From: an uncultured Planctomycetales bacterium
Lineage (GTDB): Bacteria > Planctomycetota > Phycisphaerae > SM23-33
Direction of reading: 5' to 3'
NCBI GenBank assembly: GCA_965602635.1
Contig: CBFCZU010000001.1
Span: forward strand, 3,522-67,521
DNA length: 64,000 nucleotides
This document shows, piece after piece, positions 39,613 to 48,716 of this stretch. Each line of letters opens with the position of its first letter. The first letter of the stretch is position 1. The notes under the pieces are model-generated. The model saw only the letters and a list, made by a program, of their open reading frames with translations. It ran no database searches and was not told the DNA's origin. A program made the position numbers and the translations under genes.

Positions 39613-40182
39613 TGTGCGCTTGGCTCATAGTCGCCCGGCATGGCAGCGGCTCTGGCCCGCCCCTTGGACAATCAAGAAAACCTGCCCAACTCAGGTGATC
39701 ACCCGATTGACAGAAACAGGATTCATGATATGATTCTGTCTCAGTGAGGGGCCTCATTGCCGGGGCCATGCCTACTCGGAGGGTAGTTCCGTCCCGAAGG
39801 GACCAGCTCAATCGCTCAGCGGTGTTGTTGTGCGCTGAGGAGCGGGTCGCTCACCCGCCTTCGCCGACGCTTCGGCGGGCGGGCCTGTTTCGTCAGCCTG
39901 AATCGGCTCAGGGCGGACGGTCCGCGCTGGACTAAACGGCTGGAATGGCCCCCAGCCGGGGAACACGGCAGGCATGAGGACGCTTCGCCCGTGAGAAGCC
40001 GACGCTTGCACGCGGAGCTTTCAGCGATGAAGGCCCACGCCGGTCGTCGGGAGAAGGCCACATGGGGAATGGCGGTTCACCTTAGGCCGGTGCGGTTGGT
40101 GGCGGATTCCGTCCTGGAACTGTCCACAGCGCCGCGGTGTCGCTGCGCCTGACCTATCGGCCGGAGAGAACAGGAGAGGGAG

Positions 40183-41259
40183 ATGGCAACGAGGAGCCTT
40201 GAACTTCGGTTTTGGGGTGGCGCTGCGTTCGTGCTCGCCGTGCTGGCGGGCACTTCCCAGCTCGGCGCGATCAACTACACGGTCACGAAAGTCGCCGACA
40301 GCGGTCAGAGCGTCGTACTAGCGGAAAACCCGTACGGAGAGATTGCCTTCAGTACGAACGGAGTGATGCTGTACTCAGACGGGGAAGTGCATGACGTGGG
40401 GCCCACCCCGCAGTACTACGCCGGTCCGGACATCAACTCCTCCGGCATGGTCGTGTTCTGGGGCTGGCCGGGCGACACTTCCCGGGGCGGGGTCTGGCTG
40501 TATGACCCCGCGGCAGGGACGACGAACATCAGCGACGATCCCACGGCGCGCTATCCCAAGATCAACGATTCGGGGACGATCGTCTGGCAAGAACAGGGCG
40601 GCATCTGGAAGTATCACAACGGTCAGATCGGCTCCGTCGCACCGGACGGAACGGATCCGGAAATCGGCAACGGCGGTCATATCGCGTGGGTAACCGCGGC
40701 GCATAGGTTACAGATCACCGACGGCGTCTCCACAGAGACCTTGCCGCAAACGGTGGTGCACCACTGGAAGGTGAGCATCAACTCATCGGGACAGGCTGCC
40801 TACGCCGCGCAGGAAGGCGGCGGCTACTCCACGTACCTATATGATGGCACCGAGGCCATCCGGGTAGGGAACGGTGGCCAAAGCTGCCCCCAGCCCAAGA
40901 TCAACGACGGGGGAGACGTTCTCTACGCCCTGGAAGATGGGAACGACGATGTCCTTGTCCTGCGCCGCGAATCGGGTGAAGAGGTCGAACTGCACCGATC
41001 AAGCTGGTCAGGGATCAACGGCTTCGACCTGAACAATCTCGGCAACTCCGTCTACTACGCCGACTACTCCAACCTGACCGTCGTGATAGGCCAGGAGCGG
41101 ACCTACCTGCCCGGCTCGGCCTCCTATGTGAACATCAACGACCACAACTTTGTCGCCTGGGCACGAGACGGCGTCTACCTGGCGGTCCCCGAACCCGCCA
41201 CGCTGTCGCTGCTGGCGATTGGGGGGCTGGCACTGATCAGGCGTCGAAGAAGGAAGTAG
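40183..41259 (+). CDS. PEP-CTERM sorting-domain protein (secreted, unknown function)
   Basis: 358 aa; signal peptide; C-terminus …VPEPATLSLLAIGGLALIRRRRRK*. Confidence 0.8.
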   Translation: MATRSLELRFWGGAAFVLAVLAGTSQLGAINYTVTKVADSGQSVVLAENPYGEIAFSTNGVMLYSDGEVHDVGPTPQYYAGPDINSSGMVVFWGWPGDTSRGGVWLYDPAAGTTNISDDPTARYPKINDSGTIVWQEQGGIWKYHNGQIGSVAPDGTDPEIGNGGHIAWVTAAHRLQITDGVSTETLPQTVVHHWKVSINSSGQAAYAAQEGGGYSTYLYDGTEAIRVGNGGQSCPQPKINDGGDVLYALEDGNDDVLVLRRESGEEVELHRSSWSGINGFDLNNLGNSVYYADYSNLTVVIGQERTYLPGSASYVNINDHNFVAWARDGVYLAVPEPATLSLLAIGGLALIRRRRRK

Positions 41260-41502
41260 CAGCGAGAGGGTGTCGCAATGCCGAGGAGCCTTGAGGGACA
41301 AGTATCACACACATGCTCCGACCTCCGCTCGGGGAAGCGGCGGAGTGGCCGGCTGAGCCTTCCCCGCCAGTGGTTCGGCGGGCGCCGGCCAAAGTCGAGG
41401 GGCAGGGCGAGTCTCGCTCGTTCGTCCCTTCCTGCCTGGCCCGCACGGGCGAGGTTCCGAGTCACGCATCCTATAGCTGGAATCTTCTGAAAGGTCACCG
41501 CA

Positions 41503-43368
41503 ATGACTACTGCCAGGCTTGCCGGAGTTTCATTGACGCTCCTCCTTCTGAGCCCCTCGACGCTGACAGCCCAGGTCGCACAGGGCGACCCTCTCTGCTT
41601 TGACTCCCAGTGGGGCGCTCTTTTCAAGTACGACATGCAGACAGGAGCCAAGACCCTTATAAGTGGCTACGGGAACGGTCCCGATCTTGTCGGGGATGGA
41701 CCAATCTGGCCCGTAAGCACGCATATCATCTACTCCCGTCAAAGGCTGCACGCGGGTACCGATGGAACCGTGTTCCTAGCGTACAGATCGCAGTTGTATG
41801 CAGTGGATCCAATGACCGGCAACCGCCGGATGTTCGACTTCGGTGGGGACTACAACAACTTAACTTGCTTGTCCGATCCCGCAGATCCCGACAGAGTTTA
41901 CGTCTTCGCCGCGGCTACCTCTACCGCATACGAGAGGCACAGGGACGTCTACGAACTCACCCTATCGACAGGCTCCAAGGTCAAACTGGCAACTGACTTT
42001 ACCATTCCTCCCGACCGGAACCCGGGATGGACTTTCGCCGAGTCCGACCCGAATGGCAGAATCGTTTTCGTCGGTGGCAGGTGGACCGGAAGCGTCGAGC
42101 ACGGGGCTTGGGTCTATGGCAGCCCCACGGGCACCGCCATTCAGCAAATTGACACATGCCCGATGTACAACCTAACGGACATCCACTTTGATTCCACGGG
42201 CAACCGCCTGCTGCTATCAGGCGACTTTGGTATATACGTCTCCCAGCTTGCGCCGGCGGGCGACTACGCGCCAATAGCGCCCATCGACATTCCGACCAAT
42301 GCATTCACAGGGCTTCAGGGCTTGTGCAATAGCGGCGGGCGCTTGTTGGGAATAGATGGTGCGCGCGTCAAGATCGTTGATATTGACGCGAGAACGACTG
42401 TCGATCTACCGAACGGTCCCGGTGTGGGATATGGGTTTGCTGCTCCACCTGGGCGAGGCATCATGAGTGGTTCGACAATACTGGGGGCCGGCGATGGTGA
42501 GTTTCTATGGGTCGATCCCGCGGCCGGCAACACCTGGACGGCGAGCGCCTTATGCCAATCGAACGACAGGATTGCGGGCGAGACTCCTGACTCTATCTAC
42601 TATAAGCAGGGGTACTACCGGGGGCCGGTGACGCGGTACGACAAGGCCACCGGCGAGGAGGAGGAGATCTTCACGCCTTCAGATATGATTACCGGCCTGG
42701 CTATGCTGGACTCGACTCACTTCGCATACACACGCGGGGCCTATGAGACCGGGTGTTTCGTATATGACACGGCTACGCAAACGACTCAAAAGGTTGCATC
42801 GGAGCACCTCTACAATGTCTATCCCGATGGACATGGGGGCATGTACGTTCTGTCGAAGTCGGATGGGTTCCATAAGTGCACGGTCGAGCGGATGTCCGCG
42901 GATGGGCAGGAGAGGGAGGTTGTTTACACGTACGATTCGCCATCGTATAGCGGATTCACGCAGTTCGTCGTTAACGCTGACGAGGAGGTGATCTACTTCG
43001 TGCCACACCGGGAGTTGGCTCTGTATTCTGGGCTCTTGGGCGGCGACACCGCTACTCGGATAAGTGGTTGCGGTGCAAACGACTATGAAAGTCCCTCGGA
43101 GTGGGTCGGAACAGGCCCTTCGTGGGGAGGAGGGCTCGTGCTATATGGCATAGCGGACGGCTTCGCGTATCTGGGTGACTCATATCACAACGGTCTGTTC
43201 AGGGTCGACCTGGCTACCGGAGAACGCGAGCTGCTCTCGGCGACGGAATACTACCGGTGGGTGGCCTTAGACGGGATTTGCACCTACATCCCCGAGCCCA
43301 CCACGCTGTCGCTGCTGGCCCTCGGGGCGGTAACGTTGATCCCCCGCAAGAGACACGCCTTTGTGTGA
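41503..43368 (+). CDS. PEP-CTERM sorting-domain protein (large beta-rich secreted protein)
   Basis: 621 aa; signal peptide MTTARLAGVSLTLLLLSPSTLTAQ; C-terminus …YIPEPTTLSLLALGAVTLIPRKRHAFV*. Confidence 0.8.
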   Translation: MTTARLAGVSLTLLLLSPSTLTAQVAQGDPLCFDSQWGALFKYDMQTGAKTLISGYGNGPDLVGDGPIWPVSTHIIYSRQRLHAGTDGTVFLAYRSQLYAVDPMTGNRRMFDFGGDYNNLTCLSDPADPDRVYVFAAATSTAYERHRDVYELTLSTGSKVKLATDFTIPPDRNPGWTFAESDPNGRIVFVGGRWTGSVEHGAWVYGSPTGTAIQQIDTCPMYNLTDIHFDSTGNRLLLSGDFGIYVSQLAPAGDYAPIAPIDIPTNAFTGLQGLCNSGGRLLGIDGARVKIVDIDARTTVDLPNGPGVGYGFAAPPGRGIMSGSTILGAGDGEFLWVDPAAGNTWTASALCQSNDRIAGETPDSIYYKQGYYRGPVTRYDKATGEEEEIFTPSDMITGLAMLDSTHFAYTRGAYETGCFVYDTATQTTQKVASEHLYNVYPDGHGGMYVLSKSDGFHKCTVERMSADGQEREVVYTYDSPSYSGFTQFVVNADEEVIYFVPHRELALYSGLLGGDTATRISGCGANDYESPSEWVGTGPSWGGGLVLYGIADGFAYLGDSYHNGLFRVDLATGERELLSATEYYRWVALDGICTYIPEPTTLSLLALGAVTLIPRKRHAFV

Positions 43369-43515
43369 GGGAATGGAGGAGGCCGTGGCGTACCGGACGG
43401 CCGCTCAAGTGCTCACGGGTTGTTGTTTGCTGATGAGCGGGCCGCTCAGCCCTTTCGTCAGCTGGAGTGAGAGAGTGTGTGCGTCGTGCGGATGCAATAG
43501 GAGAGGAGCGGGACG

Positions 43516-46500
43516 ATGAAAAGGCAAGTTGCGGCGATGTGTGCTGCTGGGCTGGTCTTGGCCTTGGGTTCGGCGGCAACGGCGACAGTGAACATCGAGA
43601 CCGTCGCCGTGGGCAACGCGGGCAATGCGCCGGACACAAGGTATGAGACGCCCGGCTATGGGGCGGTGAGCTACGAGTACAACATCGGCAAGTACGAGGT
43701 GACGGCCGGGCAGTACACCGAGTTCCTCAACGCCGTGGCGGCCACAGATACCTATGGTCTGTACAGCGGGCGTATGGCCCTGCCAGTGGCCCCGGACAAG
43801 GGCTGCAACATCCAGCGCGGCGGCAACCCGGGCAGCTACACGTACAGCCTGGCTGTCGACTGGGCGGACCGCCCGGTGAACTTCGTGAGCTGGGGCGACG
43901 CGGCGCGATTCGCCAACTGGCTGCACAACGGCCAACCGACCGGGGCGCAGGACCTGACCACGACGGAGGACGGGGCGTACTACCTTAACGGCGCCACGGG
44001 CGGTGGGCTCCTGCTGGCCGTCAGCCGCGAGGCGGACTGGACGTGGGCGATCCCGACCGAGGATGAGTGGTACAAGGCGGCCTACTACGACCCGGAGACA
44101 GCCAGCTACTACGACCATCCGACGAGCAGCCACACCCGGCCGGGCTACGTGAACGACAGCGGCAACCTGAGCGGGACGGGGAATCCCTTCGTGGAAGGGG
44201 GAACGGACCCCGGCGGCTACGCGACGTGGGACGGTGACGGCGGGACCGACGGGATCGGGATCCCCTACTACCGCACCGTAGTCGGGGAATGGGAGAACTC
44301 GGACAGCCCCTACGGCACGTTCGACCAGGGGGGCAACGTCTGGGAATGGAACGAGGCCTTCCCGTACGGTCGCGGCTTGCGGGGCGGGTCGTTCCTCAAC
44401 TCCGGCGACTTCCTGCGCGCGTCGTACCGGGGCTCGCGCGACCCGACGGACGAGGATATGAACTTCGGCTTCCGCGTTTCCGATGTCCCCGAACCCGCCA
44501 CACTGTCGCTGCTAGCGCTGGGCGGGCTGGCGTTGATCCGCCGGAGGCGGCGCGGGCTGCTGCCCGTGCTGGTGGTAGCGGCGATCGCCGTGGCGGCACT
44601 AGGGTTGGCAACGCCATGTCAGGCGGGGGGCGACTGGGTCATAAGGCCGATCGCCTCGGACCTGGTGGGCGATGCGGCGGTCGCCGTAGACAGTCAGGGG
44701 AATCCACATGTCGCATGGAGCTGCTTCACCGGGACTGGCTGGGGTGGCGACAAAGAGGAGTGGCAGTACAAGTACGCAAGGTGGGACGGCTCGAGCTGGC
44801 AAACGACGCAGTTCACTGCCCTCGCCACGCACCGGAGCAGGGACACATCGCTGGTCGTAGACGGCCAGGACAGGCCGCACATGGCTTTTTATGTCTACGA
44901 TCGGAACACTGCCATGAGCCGGCTCGTCTATGTCACGCCCGGCAGCGGCGGCGCGTGGTTGACCGAGGACGTCTTCAGCGGCCCAAGCGGGTCGGGCGCT
45001 GACCCAGATCTGGCCCTGGACAGCCAGGGGCGGCCGCACATCAGCCACGTGGGCCGGTACTCCCGCTTCGACGGGACCCAATGGCAGACGGAGGACGCTT
45101 GGCCGATCGGTTTCCGCAATAGCCTGGCCCTCGATGCCCAGGACACCCCCCACGTGGCATCGCCCGACGGTATGTACGGGTACCCCAGCTACGGCACCAA
45201 GCACCAAGGCCAATGGACCCAGACCTTCATCGTGACCCCGACAGATGCCTGGGGAATGTCCATCGACCTCGATGCCCAAGACAAGCCCCACGTTGCCTGG
45301 TGGGACTCGTCCAAGGCCGTGCCGGCGTACAGCTGGGACACGGGAAGTGGATGGGACACGGAATGGATCCCCGATCAGCACCACAGCAGCTTCGGCAGCA
45401 AGGGCGTCTCCCTGGAGCTGGACGACCAAGGCCGGGCCCACATCGCCTACAGGAGGTTCTACTCCTCCACGTCCAAAGACGCGGCGTATGCCGTGTGGGA
45501 CGGCGCATCGTGGCATCTCGACACGATCGCAGAGGATAGGTACGTCGTGGGTAAGAACTCCCTCGCGCTCGGGCTGGCCGGAGACGCCCATGTCCTCATC
45601 GGCGAGGTAACCGGGAGCATAAGCGGCGAATTCTATCACGCCTACATCCCCGAGCCCGCCACGCTGTTGCTGCTGGGCCTTGGTGCGGCGGTGCTTCTCG
45701 GCAGGCGCAGGCGTCGGGCAGCGTGGGTACCTGTGCTTGCGGCCTGCGCGGCGCTTTCGTGGCTCTCCCCATTGACAGCATCCGGTGCAACCCCCCGCTT
45801 TCAGCCGTTGGGCCATTTGGCATCGGGGCATGACGAGAGTCATGCGCACGGGGTCTCTGACGACGGTTCCACTGTCGTCGGGTCCAGCCGAGAATCTGAG
45901 TCGGAGGCCTTCCGTTGGACGGAGGAAACCGGGATGCTGCCCTTGTCGGGGGGGCGAAGTGCAGCACTGGCCGCGTCAGCGGACGGGTCCGTCGTGGTGG
46001 GCTTCCGTTGGGGCTTGTCCTCGACCGGCCAAGCGTTCCGCTGGACCGAAGAAAGCGGGACGGTGTTCTTGCCTGACCTCCCCTCTCCCCTACCGAGGAG
46101 CTGGGCCTACGACGTGTCGGCCGATGGATCAGTGGTAGTGGGGAAGAGCAACACTGATTACGATGACTCCAGTTTGCAGAATAGCGAGGCGTGGCGCTGG
46201 ACGGCCGAAGCGGGCACGGTCGGGCTCGGCGATCTGCCGGGGTGGAGATTCGACAGCATAGCCAGAGGCGTCTCGGCCGATGGTTCCGTGGTGGTGGGGC
46301 AGGGAGTCACTGGCGTCCCTTCGAAGGGCTCGCTGGCCTTTCGCTGGACCCAGGAAACCGGAATGGTGCCGTTGGGCGACCTGCCGGGGAGCCGTAGCAC
46401 CGTGGACGACAACAGTTATGCCTTTGGTGTGTCGGCCGATGGTCTGGTGGTGGTTGGCCACGGCAGCACCGACCAGGACAAAGAGGCCTTTCGCTGGACG

Positions 46501-46749
46501 GCCGCTACCGGCATGGTCGGGCTCGGTGACTTCCCCGGCGGGACTGTCCAGAGCAGCGCGTATGCTGCGTCGGGAGATGGGTCGAGAGTCGTCGGCTTCG
46601 GTGCCGCCGCCTCGGGCGTGAGGGCCGCCATCTGGGACGCCGGCCACGGCATGCGCGACTCGGGGACCTGCTTGTCAACGACTACGGCCTGGACCTCACC
46701 GGCTGGACGCTCAAGGAAGCTCACGACATCACCCCCGACGGTACAGTAA
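43516..46749 (+). CDS. fused tandem PEP-CTERM modules in one ORF: FGE-sulfatase (SUMF1-like) module, beta-propeller-repeat module, HAF-repeat module (C-terminus frameshifted)
   Basis: 1077 aa without a stop. Module 1 (43516-44553): signal peptide; FGE-sulfatase motifs (…VNFVSWGDAARFANWL…, …GNVWEWNE…, …RGGSFLNS…, …GFRVSDV…); then PEPATLSLLALGGLALIRRRRR. Module 2 (44554-45717) starts directly with GLLPVLVVAAIAVAALGLATPCQAGG, holds ~7 repeats of …DxQGxPHxAW…W.G..W…, and ends …IPEPATLLLLGLGAAVLLGRRRRR. Module 3 (45718-46749) starts directly with AAWVPVLAACAALSWLSPLTASGA and holds HAF-family repeats (…EAFRWTEETGM…GVSADGSVVVG…). The frame is lost near 46655. Confidence 0.6.
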   Translation: MKRQVAAMCAAGLVLALGSAATATVNIETVAVGNAGNAPDTRYETPGYGAVSYEYNIGKYEVTAGQYTEFLNAVAATDTYGLYSGRMALPVAPDKGCNIQRGGNPGSYTYSLAVDWADRPVNFVSWGDAARFANWLHNGQPTGAQDLTTTEDGAYYLNGATGGGLLLAVSREADWTWAIPTEDEWYKAAYYDPETASYYDHPTSSHTRPGYVNDSGNLSGTGNPFVEGGTDPGGYATWDGDGGTDGIGIPYYRTVVGEWENSDSPYGTFDQGGNVWEWNEAFPYGRGLRGGSFLNSGDFLRASYRGSRDPTDEDMNFGFRVSDVPEPATLSLLALGGLALIRRRRRGLLPVLVVAAIAVAALGLATPCQAGGDWVIRPIASDLVGDAAVAVDSQGNPHVAWSCFTGTGWGGDKEEWQYKYARWDGSSWQTTQFTALATHRSRDTSLVVDGQDRPHMAFYVYDRNTAMSRLVYVTPGSGGAWLTEDVFSGPSGSGADPDLALDSQGRPHISHVGRYSRFDGTQWQTEDAWPIGFRNSLALDAQDTPHVASPDGMYGYPSYGTKHQGQWTQTFIVTPTDAWGMSIDLDAQDKPHVAWWDSSKAVPAYSWDTGSGWDTEWIPDQHHSSFGSKGVSLELDDQGRAHIAYRRFYSSTSKDAAYAVWDGASWHLDTIAEDRYVVGKNSLALGLAGDAHVLIGEVTGSISGEFYHAYIPEPATLLLLGLGAAVLLGRRRRRAAWVPVLAACAALSWLSPLTASGATPRFQPLGHLASGHDESHAHGVSDDGSTVVGSSRESESEAFRWTEETGMLPLSGGRSAALAASADGSVVVGFRWGLSSTGQAFRWTEESGTVFLPDLPSPLPRSWAYDVSADGSVVVGKSNTDYDDSSLQNSEAWRWTAEAGTVGLGDLPGWRFDSIARGVSADGSVVVGQGVTGVPSKGSLAFRWTQETGMVPLGDLPGSRSTVDDNSYAFGVSADGLVVVGHGSTDQDKEAFRWTAATGMVGLGDFPGGTVQSSAYAASGDGSRVVGFGAAASGVRAAIWDAGHGMRDSGTCLSTTTAWTSPAGRSRKLTTSPPTVQ

Positions 46750-46751
46750 TC

Positions 46752-47375
46752 GTGGGCTGGGGCATCAATCCTGCTGGCGATCACGAGGCTTGGCGTGCCG
46801 TCATTCCCGAACCCGCCACGCTGTCGCTTCTGGCCCTCGCCGGTCTGGACGGCGTTTTTGCGCCGTCGGTGGGGAACTATGGCCGAGGGTTTCTTGCGGC
46901 TTACGGCAGCTGCGACGTCGAGGTGACCTACAACGTCGGCGACGAGACAATCGAGGGCGCCTGGGCGGTGCTCATGGGCTCCTTGTACCAGGACGACTCC
47001 GATGCGGGGCTGGCCGAGGGCCATTTCAAGGACGTTACGATCCTTCTCAACGATGCGCAGGGGCAGGCCCTACTAGAGGGATCCGTCCCTTCGCTCTACC
47101 TCCGCGAGCTGACCGACGCCGAGGGTGTGCTGGTCGGCACCGGGCTCCTGGAGATCACCGACGGCGACCTGGCCAGACGGTTTCCCTATGTCGAAGGCAA
47201 CTTCCTGGACGTCCACATCGAGCTTGACCCGCCGGAGATCGACGGCTTCGGGCAGAGCTTCGGTGGGGTATGCGAGTTGACGATCCGCCCGATCCCCGAG
47301 CCCGCCACGCTGGCGTTGCTGGCGGTTGGCGGTCTGGCTCTGATTCGGCGTCGCAAGAGACACGCCTTTGTGTGA
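46752..47375 (+). CDS. frameshifted continuation of module 3 plus a fourth domain; carries one degenerate internal and one terminal PEP-CTERM
   Basis: GTG-started ORF …GWGINPAGDHEAWRAVIPEPATLSLLALAGLDGVFAPSVG… (a PEP motif whose TM/Arg tail has been replaced) … ending …IRPIPEPATLALLAVGGLALIRRRKRHAFV*. Upstream in this frame the sequence reads DLLVNDYGLDLTGWTLKEAHDITPDGTVIV, the expected end of the HAF module. Confidence 0.55.
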   Translation: MGWGINPAGDHEAWRAVIPEPATLSLLALAGLDGVFAPSVGNYGRGFLAAYGSCDVEVTYNVGDETIEGAWAVLMGSLYQDDSDAGLAEGHFKDVTILLNDAQGQALLEGSVPSLYLRELTDAEGVLVGTGLLEITDGDLARRFPYVEGNFLDVHIELDPPEIDGFGQSFGGVCELTIRPIPEPATLALLAVGGLALIRRRKRHAFV

Positions 47376-47535
47376 GGGAATGGAGGAGGCCGTCGGGTAC
47401 CGCACGGCCGCTCAAGTGCTCAGCGGTGTTGTTGTGCGCTGAGGGAACGGGGCGCTCGCCTGTTCCGTTGGCCTTGACAAGAAGATGCGCGCCGCGTGCA
47501 ACATGCGGCCTGTCAGGCAGAAAGGGAGCGGAGCG

Positions 47536-48690
47536 ATGAAGGCAGACCGGATAGGTCGTTTGGCGATGTTGGTGGTGTGCGCAGCCGCCGGATCGGCGTT
47601 CGCGTCTGGATTCCCCCACACCACGGACACGCTCTCCGAGGCGCGGTACTACTTGTCCGCCACCACGGTGGGCAGCAAGGCCATTTTCGCTGGCGGGGCC
47701 GCCTCGACCGGCTACAGCGACGTTGTCGACATTTACGACGCCGACGCGGGCCTGTGGTCCACGGACACACTCTCCCAGGGGCGGTATTACCTGTCCGCCA
47801 CGTCGGTGGGGAACAAGGCGATCTTCGCGGGCGGATTCACCGGCCCGCCAGGCGCGATCCCCAGCAACGTGGTGGACATCTACGACGCCAGCACGGGCCT
47901 GTGGACCACGGACACGCTGTCAAAGGCGCGAGGCATAATGGCCGCGACGACGGTCGGCAGCAAGGCCATCTTCGCAGGGGGATACGTAGACGGCGTCGAG
48001 GGCTACAGCGATGTCGTGGACATCTACGATGCCGATACCGGCCTGTGGTCCACGGATACGCTCTCGCAGGCACGCTGTTATCTCGCCGCGACGACAGCAG
48101 GCGGCAAAGCCATCTTCGCGGGGGGCAGCGGTGACAGTGATGTGGTCGACATCTACGACCCCGATACAGGCTTGTGGTCGACGGACGCACTGTCGCAAGG
48201 GCGGCACTGGCTGGCGGCAACTGCGGTAGGCGACAAGGCGATTTTCGCCGGCGGGGCCATTGGTGACAGCGCCTACAGTGACGTCGTGGACATCTACGAT
48301 GCCGTCACAGGGCTGTGGTCCACGGACACGCTCTCGCAAGCGCGAGGTTATCTTGCTGCGACATCACTGGACGGCAAGGCGATGTTTGCAGGAGGCAACG
48401 GCCCCAGCGATGTCGTGGATATTCTCGATCCGGGCACGGGGCAGTGGACCACGGACGCGATCTCGCAGGGGCGATACTATCTATCCGCGACGACCGTGGG
48501 CGACATGGCGTTCTTTGCCGGTGGCGCTACTGGACCTGGACCTGACCCCAGCGGCTACAGCAACGTCGTGGACATCTACACTATTCCAGAACCGGCCACG
48601 CTCGCCCTGCTGGCCTTGGGCGGTCTATCGCTGATCCGGCGAAGGAAGAGCGGAGGAGGGTTGTTCCGCTCTATCGCTCAGCGAAGTTGA
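47536..48690 (+). CDS. Kelch-repeat PEP-CTERM protein
   Basis: Start MKADRIGRLAMLVVCAAAGSAFA. Eight ~40-aa Kelch-like repeats (…ARYYLSATTVGSKAIFAGG…SDVVDIYDADAGLWSTDTLSQ…). C-terminus …IPEPATLALLALGGLSLIRRRKSGGGLFRSIAQRS*. Confidence 0.8.
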   Translation: MKADRIGRLAMLVVCAAAGSAFASGFPHTTDTLSEARYYLSATTVGSKAIFAGGAASTGYSDVVDIYDADAGLWSTDTLSQGRYYLSATSVGNKAIFAGGFTGPPGAIPSNVVDIYDASTGLWTTDTLSKARGIMAATTVGSKAIFAGGYVDGVEGYSDVVDIYDADTGLWSTDTLSQARCYLAATTAGGKAIFAGGSGDSDVVDIYDPDTGLWSTDALSQGRHWLAATAVGDKAIFAGGAIGDSAYSDVVDIYDAVTGLWSTDTLSQARGYLAATSLDGKAMFAGGNGPSDVVDILDPGTGQWTTDAISQGRYYLSATTVGDMAFFAGGATGPGPDPSGYSNVVDIYTIPEPATLALLALGGLSLIRRRKSGGGLFRSIAQRS

Positions 48691-48716
48691 TGTGCGCTGA
48701 GGGAACGGTCGCGGGC

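Noticed and set aside
38958-39671. 237-aa ORF overlapping the IS left end
   Set aside because: It is in a different frame from the transposase reading frame, which has recognisable IS481-like motifs. Its translation has no features. The real signal here is the two-stop transposase pseudogene.
47485-47535. Upstream ATG start for the Kelch PEP-CTERM gene (ORF-track start 47485)
   Set aside because: ATG 47536 gives a canonical signal peptide (MKADRIGRLAMLVVCAAAGSAFA) and has a GGAGCGGAGCG purine-rich RBS-like context. The extra 17 residues upstream are not signal-like.
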